Assembly: GCA_020060565.1 (NCBI GenBank)
Contig: JAGVAE010000001.1
Location: forward strand, 66,671-130,670
Length of the DNA stretch: 64,000 nucleotides
Reading direction: 5' to 3'
Source: Candidatus Woesebacteria bacterium
GTDB lineage: Bacteria > Patescibacteriota > Microgenomatia > UBA8517
The notes below the pieces were generated by a model, which had not been told where the DNA came from, did not search any database, and worked only from the letters and a program-made list of their open reading frames with translations. This document shows, one piece after another, positions 25,383 through 34,289 of this stretch; positions within the stretch are counted from its first letter, which is position 1, and each line of letters begins with the position of its first letter. Made by a program: the position numbers and the translations under genes.

Positions 25383-26180
25383 ATGGCAATTGTTTTTGAT
25401 GGCAGAAAGTTTGCGGCTGAGAAAGAAACAGCTCTAACTCTTCGTGTTTTGGGTCTTAAAACCCGTGGTGTGCACCCCAAACTTGCGTCTATTATTGTGG
25501 GTGAGGACCCTGCAAGTAAACTATATGTGGGATTAAAGAAGAAAGCTGGAGAAAAAATTGGGGCAGAGGTAGATATTTACTACATTAAGGAGAACTCAAA
25601 GCTTTTAGATCTTCTCCTTCTTATTAAAACCCTAAATGAAGATGAGACTGTTCATGGGATTATGATACAGATGCCAATCCCAGGTCCCCTGGGAAATTCC
25701 AAATTCAAAATTCTAAATTCTATAAACCCCGAGAAGGATGTAGATGGATTAAGAGTTGATAGCCCATATCTTCACCCAACAAGTAAAGCTGTGATGCAGG
25801 TGATTGATGAGGCTAAAAAGGAAGTTGTCTTGACTGATTATACAGTGGTTGTAGTTGGAGCAACTGGAATGGTTGGTGAACCACTTGTGCGTGAACTAAA
25901 AGACCAACTATATAAAGTTATTGAGTGTAGTACTAAAACAAAAGATTTGAGTGTACAAACTCGTAAAGCTGATATTTTAGTTAGTGTCACGGGAGTGCCT
26001 GGAATTATTACTTCTGATATGGTCAAAGATGGGGCAGTCATAATTGATGTTGGTTCTCCCAAAGGAGATGTGGAGTTTCTAGAAGTTTCAAAGAAAGCTT
26101 CTTTTATCTCTCCTGTTCCTGGTGGGGTAGGACCCATCACAATATCTTGCCTACTTGAGAATTTGATCTTGGCGTGTTAA
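25383..26180 (+). CDS. folD: Bifunctional methylene-THF dehydrogenase/cyclohydrolase
   Basis: GEDPASKLYVGLKKKAGEKIGA..., PVPGGVGPITISCLLENL. Confidence 0.9.
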   Translation: MAIVFDGRKFAAEKETALTLRVLGLKTRGVHPKLASIIVGEDPASKLYVGLKKKAGEKIGAEVDIYYIKENSKLLDLLLLIKTLNEDETVHGIMIQMPIPGPLGNSKFKILNSINPEKDVDGLRVDSPYLHPTSKAVMQVIDEAKKEVVLTDYTVVVVGATGMVGEPLVRELKDQLYKVIECSTKTKDLSVQTRKADILVSVTGVPGIITSDMVKDGAVIIDVGSPKGDVEFLEVSKKASFISPVPGGVGPITISCLLENLILAC

Positions 26181-26195
26181 TATTCCCATATCACA

Positions 26196-26231
26196 CGCAG
26201 GTTAAGCTTCCTGGATTACTTCCAACCTGCG
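26196..26231 (+). other. Hairpin between folD and rpsB (terminator or rpsB leader element)
   Basis: CGCAGGTT ... AACCTGCG, an 8-bp stem enclosing a 20-nt loop. Confidence 0.3.
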
Positions 26232-26273
26232 GCGGGATAAGGAAGCAAGCTAATTTCTAATTTCTAATAACTA

Positions 26274-26978
26274 ATGGCTAACGTAAAAGTATCGCTTGAA
26301 GATTTACTTAATTCTGGAGCCCATTTTGGGCACCAGACTAAAAGATGGAATCCTAAGATGGAGGAATATCTTTATGGCTCAGACAATGGGGTCCATGTTT
26401 TTGATTTAACAAAGACTAAACCCATGCTTGAGGAAGCTTTGGAATTTCTTTCAAAATCTGTTAAAGAAGGAAAAACCATTCTTCTTCTTGGAACCAAAAA
26501 ACAAATTAAAGATAAAGTGGCTGAAGTTGGTGAAGCTCTTGGAATTGCCTATGTTAACGAACGTTGGTTGGGAGGAACTATTTCCAATTTTAATCAAATG
26601 CAAAACTCTTTAAGGAAAATGACCGAGATGACAGAAAATGTAGCCAGTGGTTTTTACAATAAGTACACCAAAAAAGAAAGACTTCTAATCGACCGCGAAA
26701 TTACCCGACTTGAGAGATTCTTTGGGGGAATTAAAAACCTAAAAGGAGTTCCTGATGTCCTTTTTGTTATTGATACCAAGCGCGAAGCAGGAGCGGTTCA
26801 TGAAGCAAATACAAAAAAGGTTCCCGTTATTGGAATTGTAGACAGCAACAGCGATCCTGATATGATTGACTATCCAATTCCTATGAATGATGATGCTTCA
26901 AAAGCATTAGAATATGTATTAGATTTGTTCAAAAGTACCGTTGAGAAAGCCAAAGGAAAAAATGCAAAAGAAAATTAA
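26274..26978 (+). CDS. rpsB: 30S ribosomal protein S2
   Basis: LLNSGAHFGHQTKRWNPKM..., VFVIDT...EA.....PVIGIVDSNSDP. Confidence 0.9.
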   Translation: MANVKVSLEDLLNSGAHFGHQTKRWNPKMEEYLYGSDNGVHVFDLTKTKPMLEEALEFLSKSVKEGKTILLLGTKKQIKDKVAEVGEALGIAYVNERWLGGTISNFNQMQNSLRKMTEMTENVASGFYNKYTKKERLLIDREITRLERFFGGIKNLKGVPDVLFVIDTKREAGAVHEANTKKVPVIGIVDSNSDPDMIDYPIPMNDDASKALEYVLDLFKSTVEKAKGKNAKEN

Positions 26979-27417
26979 TATTGAACTAATTAAAAAATTA
27001 AGAGAAGAAACAGGGGTTGCTATAATTCGCATCCGTGAGGTATTAGAGGAAGTTGGCGGAGGTGAGAAAAAAGCTCTTGCGGTTTTGAAGAAAGAAGCTT
27101 TGGAAAAAGCAGAAAAAAGAGAGGGACGAGAAACTTCTCAAGGAAAAATCTTTGCCTATGCACATCACACAGGGAAAGTTGTCGGAATAGTCGAGCTTCT
27201 GTGCGAAACTGATTTCGTAGCTAAAAATGAATTGTTTGAAACCCTGGGAAAAGAACTTTCTTTACAAGTTGCATCCATGGGGGATGAAGATTTTGAAAAT
27301 CAAGAATATATTAAGGATGGAAGCAAGAAAGTAAAAGATTTAGTTAAAGAATTAATTGCAAAAACTGGTGAGAATGTAAAATTAGGTCGTGTTCAAAAAC
27401 TTGAACTCGGCGGGTAA
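26962..27417 (+). CDS. tsf: Elongation factor Ts (short form)
   Basis: LIKKLREETGVAIIRIREVLEE and ...CETDFVAKNELF are the EF-Ts UBA-like and core motifs. The start is taken at MQKKINIE. At about 150 aa this is the short form. Confidence 0.8.
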   Translation: MQKKINIELIKKLREETGVAIIRIREVLEEVGGGEKKALAVLKKEALEKAEKREGRETSQGKIFAYAHHTGKVVGIVELLCETDFVAKNELFETLGKELSLQVASMGDEDFENQEYIKDGSKKVKDLVKELIAKTGENVKLGRVQKLELGG

Positions 27418-27436
27418 ACGTGTTTTAATCAACTTA

Positions 27437-27991
27437 ATGGATGAAGCTTCAGTTTTAGCAAAAATGCAATCGGCGGTTAGTGCTGTGGCGGGAGATATCG
27501 CGGGAGTTAGAACAGGAAGAGCAAGTCCTGCACTTGTTGAAAATATAACAGTTCCTGCATATGGTGGTACCCAAAGACTAAGAGTAATGGAAGTAGGAAG
27601 TATAACATCCCCCGATCCAACACAGATTGTTATTTCCCCTTGGGATAAAAGCATAATTGGAGATATTAGAAAAGGAATATTGGAAGCCAATGTGGGACTA
27701 AATCCTTCAATAGACGGGGAAGTAATTAGAATTGCCATTGCGCCACTTACTACTGAAGATAGGGAAAAATATGTAAAGATTCTTTCTGCCAAACTTGAAA
27801 ACGGAAAAATAATGGTTAGGCAAGTCAGGGCAGATGAAATGCATGAGATTAAAAAGAAGTTTGAAGCAAAAGAAATTACAGAAGATGATAAGTTTGCTTT
27901 TGAGAAAAAACTCCAAGAATTAACAGACTCTTCTATCGCAAAAATTGAAGAAATGGGGGAAAGAAAGAAAACTGAGTTATTACAGATTTAA
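27437..27991 (+). CDS. frr: Ribosome recycling factor
   Basis: ...GVRTGRASPALVENITV.YGGTQ.L... and the C-terminal coiled region match RRF. The start is taken at MDEASVLAKM. It follows tsf directly, with no pyrH between. Confidence 0.85.
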   Translation: MDEASVLAKMQSAVSAVAGDIAGVRTGRASPALVENITVPAYGGTQRLRVMEVGSITSPDPTQIVISPWDKSIIGDIRKGILEANVGLNPSIDGEVIRIAIAPLTTEDREKYVKILSAKLENGKIMVRQVRADEMHEIKKKFEAKEITEDDKFAFEKKLQELTDSSIAKIEEMGERKKTELLQI

Positions 27992-28242
27992 TTTATTGCT
28001 GAAAGTTTCAAATAGGATTCAATTCTTTCAACGCGCTTTCTGAGATTCAGATATTCACGGTCAAAAAATTTAATAATTAACTTTTGATCTTTTCGAATCT
28101 GTTCAATATCCTCTTTTATAGAAGTGGTATGTTTTTTGAATGCACTTTCAAACTTCCCATCAAATTTTTTATCAAATTTCTCATCAAACAGATCTCCTAT
28201 GGTTTTAACATCATTTTTGGTCAACATAATTTTATAATACAA
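27988..28242 (-). CDS. Hypothetical coiled-coil small protein (84 aa)
   Basis: Intact ORF convergent with frr. K/E/F-rich. No family recognised. Confidence 0.35.
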   Translation of the reverse strand: MYYKIMLTKNDVKTIGDLFDEKFDKKFDGKFESAFKKHTTSIKEDIEQIRKDQKLIIKFFDREYLNLRKRVERIESYLKLSAIN

Positions 28243-28283
28243 CTTTTAACTCTACTCGCAATATTCAATATACTATATACTTT

Positions 28284-29399
28284 TTGCATATGCTTTTGAC
28301 TGTTCTTTATGCACTAGGAATTTTACTTGTTCTCTCCGTTCTTATTTTGATTCATGAGTTAGGGCATTTTATAGTTGCTAAAAAATCTGGTGTTTGGGTT
28401 GAAGAGTTTGGTTTTGGACTTCCACCAAGGCTTGTAGGAAAAAAAATAGGGGAAACAATCTATTCTCTTAATTGGCTCCCATTTGGAGGATTTGTAAGAC
28501 TTCATGGAGAACAAAACGAAGAGGGAATATCGAAACCTAATCGGGCATTTTTGGGAAAAAGTAAGCTAAAACGTGCAGGCATTGTTGTTGCCGGAATTGT
28601 TATGAATTTGCTTTTGGGTCTTATATGTTTTGCAATTGTTTATTCTTTTCTTGGAATCCCAAAGGAACAGGGTTTTGTGCAAATAGTTGATGTGGTAACT
28701 GAGTCTCCCGCAGCGGTTGCGGGACTAACTGTAAATGATGTTGTTGTTTCTTTAAATAAAAACCCAGTTACCAAGTCAACCGACTTTACAAACCTGACCA
28801 AAGAAAATGCTGGAAAGACGATAGCGCTTGAAATTAAAAGAGGTGAGGCTACCCAAAAATATAACATCCCACTTCGAGAAAATCCTACCGACGGGAAGTC
28901 GTTTTTAGGAATTGTTGTTAGTTCACAAACCACTTATTACCCACCAATTTGGCAGAGACCTTTTTATGGCGCATATTATGGAACCATAGCTTCTTACGAA
29001 ACAACAATCTCCGTATTCAAAGGGCTTGCAGGAATATTCTCTCAGGCAAGCCGAGGAATGGTTCCAACGGATACTGTAGGGCCTGTTGGAATATTTGCCA
29101 TCATTTATTATGTTTTAAAGCAGGGAATATTACCTATATTAAATCTAATGGGACTAATTTCAATTAACTTGGCAGTACTTAATATTCTTCCCATTCCAGC
29201 ACTTGATGGAGGACGTTTATTATTCATCGGAATTGAAGCGATTTTTGGCAAAAAAGTTTTACCCAAAGTTGAGGCTGCATTTCACTCAGTGGGATTTATG
29301 CTTCTAATTGGTCTTATCATTGTAATTTCATTCTTTGACATAAAAAGAGTGATTGCCGCTGGGGGATTTACAGGCTTCATCAATTCATTTATAAAATGA
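28284..29399 (+). CDS. rseP: RseP-like intramembrane zinc metalloprotease (M50 with PDZ domain)
   Basis: HELGHF in TM1, a central PDZ-like segment, and NLAVLNILPIPALDGGRL (LDG motif). Confidence 0.85.
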   Translation: MHMLLTVLYALGILLVLSVLILIHELGHFIVAKKSGVWVEEFGFGLPPRLVGKKIGETIYSLNWLPFGGFVRLHGEQNEEGISKPNRAFLGKSKLKRAGIVVAGIVMNLLLGLICFAIVYSFLGIPKEQGFVQIVDVVTESPAAVAGLTVNDVVVSLNKNPVTKSTDFTNLTKENAGKTIALEIKRGEATQKYNIPLRENPTDGKSFLGIVVSSQTTYYPPIWQRPFYGAYYGTIASYETTISVFKGLAGIFSQASRGMVPTDTVGPVGIFAIIYYVLKQGILPILNLMGLISINLAVLNILPIPALDGGRLLFIGIEAIFGKKVLPKVEAAFHSVGFMLLIGLIIVISFFDIKRVIAAGGFTGFINSFIK

Positions 29400-29415
29400 T
29401 ACAATTGGCTTATAT

Positions 29416-30648
29416 ATGAGACAATCTCAGCTTTTCCCTAAAACTCGAAAGGAAGCTCCAAAAGATGCTACCAGTGTAAACCATAAACTTCTAGTGCGGG
29501 CAGGATTTATTGATCAGCTCATGGCAGGAAGTTGGACTCTTCTTCCTTTAGGGTGGAGGGTTATAACAAAAATAAATCAGATAATTCGTGAAGAAATTAA
29601 TGCAGTGGGGGGTCAGGAAATGTTAATGCCGTTACTTCACCCAAAAGAAATTTGGAGTGAAACTGGAAGATGGGACAAAGCAGATGAGATTATGTACAAG
29701 CTCAAAGATGCAAGGGGAAAAGAATATGTACTTTCTTTTACTCACGAAGAGATTGTCATGGATTTACTTCGAAAAAACATTACAAGTTATCAGGATTTAC
29801 CTGTTTGTGTTTATCATTTTTCCACAAAATTCAGACATGAACTTAGGGCAAAAAGTGGAATTTTAAGGGGAAGGGAGTTCATGATGAAAGATCTCTACTC
29901 TGCTCACACCACAGAAAAAGGTTTAACGGATTATTATGAAAAAGTAAAAGGTGCATATTCCAAAATATTTAAACGACTTGGATTTAATTTCAGAGTAGTT
30001 GAGGCTTCGGGTGGGGTTTTTACGGATAAACATACACATGAGTTTCAAGTATTAAATGCAAATGGTGAGGATGTTATTTATATTTGTGACTCATGTGATT
30101 TTGCGCAGAACAAGGAAATCTTCAAAGGTAAGGTTGGGGAATCTTGCCCAAGATGCAAAAAAGGAAAAATTAGTGAAGAAGCCAAAACCGTGGAAGTAGG
30201 AAACATTTTTCCACTTGGCACTTGGTATGCGGAACGCATGAGAATGTTTTTTACAGATCGCGATGGTGGCAAAAAACCAGTTTGGTTTGGAAGTTATGGA
30301 ATCGGACCTACTCGTGTTATGGGAACATGGGTTGAAGTATCACATGATCAGAGTGGAATTATTTGGAACCGCGAAATCTCACCTTTTGATATACACCTTA
30401 TTGAGCTTCCTGGAGTTAAAAACACTGAAAAGATATATGAGGATCTTAAAGCTGCAGGGATCGATGTTCTTTGGGATGATCGAGATGTTCCTGCAGGACA
30501 AAAATTTGCAGACAGTGATCTTATTGGAATTCCTGTAAGACTTGTAGTCTCAGAAAGAAACGGAGACAAGATTGAGTGGAAAGAAAGATTTTCGAATACA
30601 TCCAAATTATTGACATTGAATGAGATAATAAATAGCTTTGGTAAATAA
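29416..30648 (+). CDS. proS: Prolyl-tRNA synthetase (short bacterial type, no INS editing domain, with a zinc-ribbon insert)
   Basis: Class II motifs (FRHELRAKSGILRGREFMMKD; GSYGIGPTRV), a CDSCDF...CPRC insert, and a C-terminal class II anticodon-binding domain. Confidence 0.85.
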   Translation: MRQSQLFPKTRKEAPKDATSVNHKLLVRAGFIDQLMAGSWTLLPLGWRVITKINQIIREEINAVGGQEMLMPLLHPKEIWSETGRWDKADEIMYKLKDARGKEYVLSFTHEEIVMDLLRKNITSYQDLPVCVYHFSTKFRHELRAKSGILRGREFMMKDLYSAHTTEKGLTDYYEKVKGAYSKIFKRLGFNFRVVEASGGVFTDKHTHEFQVLNANGEDVIYICDSCDFAQNKEIFKGKVGESCPRCKKGKISEEAKTVEVGNIFPLGTWYAERMRMFFTDRDGGKKPVWFGSYGIGPTRVMGTWVEVSHDQSGIIWNREISPFDIHLIELPGVKNTEKIYEDLKAAGIDVLWDDRDVPAGQKFADSDLIGIPVRLVVSERNGDKIEWKERFSNTSKLLTLNEIINSFGK

Positions 30649-31636
30649 GAATAAAAAAGTAGTTGTTATAGGAGGGGGGACAGGAACTTTTACCATTCTT
30701 TCAGGTCTTAAAAAATATCCCCAGCTTGATATCAGTGTAATAGTTTCCATGATGGATGACGGGGGAAGCAATCGTGTGATAAGGGACGAGTTTGGACTTC
30801 TTCCCACGAGTGATTTAAGGCAGTGCATGGTGGCTCTTGCTGGGAGCGATTCTGACGAAACCTTAAGAAAACTATTTACATATAGATATGAGAATGGGGT
30901 GGGAATTGCAGGCATGACGTTTGGAAATTTATTTATGGCAGCCCTAACTGATATTTATGGGGGAGATCAGAAAAAGGCAATCGAAGAAACCTGTGAGCTT
31001 TTGGGGGTAAGGGGGAAAATTATCCCTGTAACTTTTGAAAAGACAAACTTGGTAGCTACATATGCAAATGGTAAACAGGTTTTGGGAGAACATGAAATTG
31101 ATGAGCCGTGCAGTGGTGTAGGTAAATCAAAAATTATTGACCTTCAGATTTTTCCAAAAATTGCGGTCAATAAAGACGCTCTAAGTGCAATTACTTCCGC
31201 TGATTTAATCATTTTGGGACCGGGAGATTTTTATACAAGTATTTTACCTAACATAGTTGTGGATGGTGTTGCAAAAGAGATTAAAAAATCGCATGGAAAA
31301 GTAGTCTTTGTTATGAATTTAATGACTAAATATGGACAAACCATTGGTTTTACTGCAAGCACTTTTGTTTCTGAAATTAATAAATATTTAGGAAAGGATC
31401 CTGATGTTGTACTAATAAATAGTGGTAAAAAGATTCCAATTTCAATTTTAAAAAAGTATAAAGTGGAAAAAGCTGAAATGGTACGCGACGATTTAAAAAA
31501 ATCAAAAATGAAAGTTGTTAGAAAACAGTTAATTTCAAATAAAGTATACAAAAAACCAAAGAGCGATAAGTTAGTTAGAAGCCTAATCCGTCACAATTCG
31601 GAAAAATTAGCAAAATCAATAGTTGATCTTCTCTGA
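30638..31636 (+). CDS. YvcK/CofD-family protein (UPF0052, gluconeogenesis factor-like)
   Basis: VVVIGGGTGTFTILSGLKKY...VIVSMMDDGGSNRVIRDEFGLLPTSDLRQC. Confidence 0.8.
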   Translation: MVNKNKKVVVIGGGTGTFTILSGLKKYPQLDISVIVSMMDDGGSNRVIRDEFGLLPTSDLRQCMVALAGSDSDETLRKLFTYRYENGVGIAGMTFGNLFMAALTDIYGGDQKKAIEETCELLGVRGKIIPVTFEKTNLVATYANGKQVLGEHEIDEPCSGVGKSKIIDLQIFPKIAVNKDALSAITSADLIILGPGDFYTSILPNIVVDGVAKEIKKSHGKVVFVMNLMTKYGQTIGFTASTFVSEINKYLGKDPDVVLINSGKKIPISILKKYKVEKAEMVRDDLKKSKMKVVRKQLISNKVYKKPKSDKLVRSLIRHNSEKLAKSIVDLL

Positions 31637-31671
31637 TCTTCGAATTAGACTAAGTACGCCATATATAAAAT

Positions 31672-32112
31672 ATGATTGCTCAAACTCTACAACAAAAAAT
31701 AGGTGAGGCAATGAAAGCTCATGATGAAGTAAAGCTTTCAACACTTCGTCTTCTTTCATCTGCTTTTAATTATGAAAAGATTGCTAAACAACACGATCTA
31801 GACGATAGCGAAGAGTTAGTAGTAATTAGGAGGGAGGCAAAACAAAGAAAAGATTCTGTTGAGGCTTATAAAAAAGCAGGAGCAATGGATTTAGCTGCAA
31901 AAGAAGAAGCGGAGTTAGTTATTTTGCAAGAATACTTGCCTCCAGAGATGGATGAGAAAGAGCTAACAAAAATTGTTATTGAGGTAGTTGCCCAAACTGG
32001 AGCAAAAACCATGGCTGATATTGGGAAAGTAATGGGAATGGTAAAATCCAAAGCCCCCGAGGCAGATGGTGGACGTGTTGCGGGAATTATTAAAAAGGAA
32101 CTTGGTATATGA
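31672..32112 (+). CDS. GatB/YqeY domain protein
   Basis: 146 aa with a YqeY-like helical pattern (..AMKA.D..KLSTLRLL.SA....E.......). Confidence 0.7.
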   Translation: MIAQTLQQKIGEAMKAHDEVKLSTLRLLSSAFNYEKIAKQHDLDDSEELVVIRREAKQRKDSVEAYKKAGAMDLAAKEEAELVILQEYLPPEMDEKELTKIVIEVVAQTGAKTMADIGKVMGMVKSKAPEADGGRVAGIIKKELGI

Positions 32113-32504
32113 TCAAAGTCTCCGTAACCAAACAATCTAATTATTCAGCAAATTCAACTGCAATTAAAAAAAGACTGTCTTTATATTTGCAGAAACAGGG
32201 AATAGTTTCAGACGCTGAAGTTTCTGTTGCAATTGTCGGTGAGAAAAAAATGATGGAGATTGGAAACAAATACCTAAAAGACAAGAAACTTCATAATGTC
32301 CTCTCTTTTACACCAAATGAAACTAAAGCTGATTTTATTTTTCCCCCTGATGGAATAATTCATCTGGGTGAAATTGTTGTTTGTTACCCACTTGCAGTCA
32401 AAGAAGCTGGGGAGGAAAATGTTTTGACTATTGAAAGAGTTTGCGAGTTGGTTGAACACGGAGCCTTACATTTATTGGGGATACACCATGAAATTAAAAA
32501 TTAA
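32109..32504 (+). CDS. ybeY: Endoribonuclease YbeY (rRNA maturation factor)
   Basis: C-terminal HGALHLLGIHHE (H-x3-H-x5-H zinc motif). The last codons IKN plus the stop are supplied by an AT-rich repeat. Confidence 0.8.
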   Translation: MIKVSVTKQSNYSANSTAIKKRLSLYLQKQGIVSDAEVSVAIVGEKKMMEIGNKYLKDKKLHNVLSFTPNETKADFIFPPDGIIHLGEIVVCYPLAVKEAGEENVLTIERVCELVEHGALHLLGIHHEIKN

Positions 32505-32528
32505 AAAATAAAAATTTAAAATTGCCAG

Positions 32529-33995
32529 ATGACACTATATTTAAAATATCGATCCAAGAATCTAGACGAACTGGATCTTCCTGAGGTAGCTGAGTCACTA
32601 AAAAAAATTGTTAACTCTGGTTCAATTCCTCACGCATTTCTTTTTGCAGGACCTAAAGGAACTGGTAAAACTTCAGCTGCCAGAATTTTGGCAAAGATAA
32701 TTAACTGTGAGAAGTTAGGAAAGGGTGGAGTACCTTGTGATAAATGTGAACAATGCGTCTCAATAACAAAAGGAACCAATTTAGATGTTATTGAAATGGA
32801 TGCAGCTTCTCATCGTGGGATTGATGATGTTAGAACCTTGAGGGATGCGGTTAAGCTTTCTCCAACAAAAGCAAAAAAGAAGATTTACATAATTGACGAA
32901 GCGCACATGTTAACAACGGAAGCTTCCAATGCACTTTTAAAAACCTTGGAAGAACCACCCGATCATGTGGTTTTTATACTAGCGACAACAAACCCTGAAA
33001 AATTAATTGACACTATTCGTTCCAGAACCACATTTATTACATTCAGAAAAGCTTCCATTGGTGAAATCGTTAATGCATTAAAAAGAGTTGTTTCTTCTGA
33101 AAAAATTAAAATAAAAGAAGAATCACTTTTAAGGATTGCTGAAGTTTCAGGGGGAGCATTCCGCGATGCAATTAAAATTCTTGAACAGTTTAATGCTGAG
33201 GGAGAAATTTATCTGGATAAATTTAAATGTTCTGAACTAACTAGTTTTATAGAAGCTTTAATTAAAAAAGATGAAAAAGGTGCAATTAACGAGATTGAAA
33301 AGAATGTTGAACTGGGAATATCTATTGAAGTATTTTTACAAGTGCTTTTGACTTTATTCCACAAAGCAATACTGTCTGAGGTTGGAGTGGGGGAAAACAA
33401 AATAGAGGGTTTGGATAAGAAAGACTTAGTTATATTAACCGATTTATTCACTGAGGCAAACAAATCTTTGGTGGACTCACCAATCGAACAGTTGCCCGTT
33501 GAAATTGCAGTCATTAAATGGTGCGGTGAGGACAAAAATGTCGAATCTAGAAACTTGAACTTAAAGAAAGATAACGAAGTAAAAGAAGCTCCTGATGTAG
33601 TTATTTCCACACAAGATTCTAAATTCCAAGTCCCAGATTCTAATATTGGTATAGTTAATGACGATATCTGGAAAACAATCTTATCAGCAATTCACCCAGT
33701 AAATGCTTCAATTGAAGGACTTTTAAGGGCTAGTCGTCCTGTGGGATACGATGGAAAAACTCTGACTTTAGGTGTTTTTTATAAATTCCATAAAGAGCGA
33801 CTTGAGGACGCAAACCATAGAAAAATTTTGGAAGACGTTATTGAAAAAGTTCTTAATTGCCCAACACGAATTGTTTGCACTTTGGTTGCCCCTCCACCAA
33901 AAGTTATTATTGAAGAAGCAAAAACCGAACCAGTTTTGACTGAAAGCTCGGAACCAGATATAATCAAAGCTGCTGAAGAGATATTTGGAAACTAA
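32529..33995 (+). CDS. dnaX: DNA polymerase III subunit gamma/tau
   Basis: AAA+ Walker A GPKGTGKTS, a zinc module C...CDKCEQC, and a Walker B/DEAH region IYIIDEAHMLT. Confidence 0.85.
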   Translation: MTLYLKYRSKNLDELDLPEVAESLKKIVNSGSIPHAFLFAGPKGTGKTSAARILAKIINCEKLGKGGVPCDKCEQCVSITKGTNLDVIEMDAASHRGIDDVRTLRDAVKLSPTKAKKKIYIIDEAHMLTTEASNALLKTLEEPPDHVVFILATTNPEKLIDTIRSRTTFITFRKASIGEIVNALKRVVSSEKIKIKEESLLRIAEVSGGAFRDAIKILEQFNAEGEIYLDKFKCSELTSFIEALIKKDEKGAINEIEKNVELGISIEVFLQVLLTLFHKAILSEVGVGENKIEGLDKKDLVILTDLFTEANKSLVDSPIEQLPVEIAVIKWCGEDKNVESRNLNLKKDNEVKEAPDVVISTQDSKFQVPDSNIGIVNDDIWKTILSAIHPVNASIEGLLRASRPVGYDGKTLTLGVFYKFHKERLEDANHRKILEDVIEKVLNCPTRIVCTLVAPPPKVIIEEAKTEPVLTESSEPDIIKAAEEIFGN

Positions 33996-33998
33996 TAT

Positions 33999-34283
33999 AT
34001 GTTCGACAAATTTAACCAATTAAAAAAACTAGGAGAGCTTAAAAAACAAGGAGAAGCTCTCCAGAAAGAACTTGAAAAAATAATAAAAACTGTTGAAAAA
34101 AACGGTTGGCAGGTTTCTGTTACGGGTGACCAAAAAATTAGATACATTAAAAAAGATGGGGAGGATCTTAAAGAATTGGTAGATCTAATAAACAGTGCAA
34201 TGAAAGACATCCAAAAAGAATCTGCAAAGAAAATGATGGAAATGGGTGGAGGACTTAGTGGACTTCTTGGTGGACTTAAGTAA
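33999..34283 (+). CDS. ybaB: Nucleoid-associated protein YbaB/EbfC
   Basis: 94 aa, in the conserved dnaX-ybaB-recR position, with a Gly-rich C-terminus. Confidence 0.8.
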   Translation: MFDKFNQLKKLGELKKQGEALQKELEKIIKTVEKNGWQVSVTGDQKIRYIKKDGEDLKELVDLINSAMKDIQKESAKKMMEMGGGLSGLLGGLK

Positions 34284-34289
34284 AAATTA

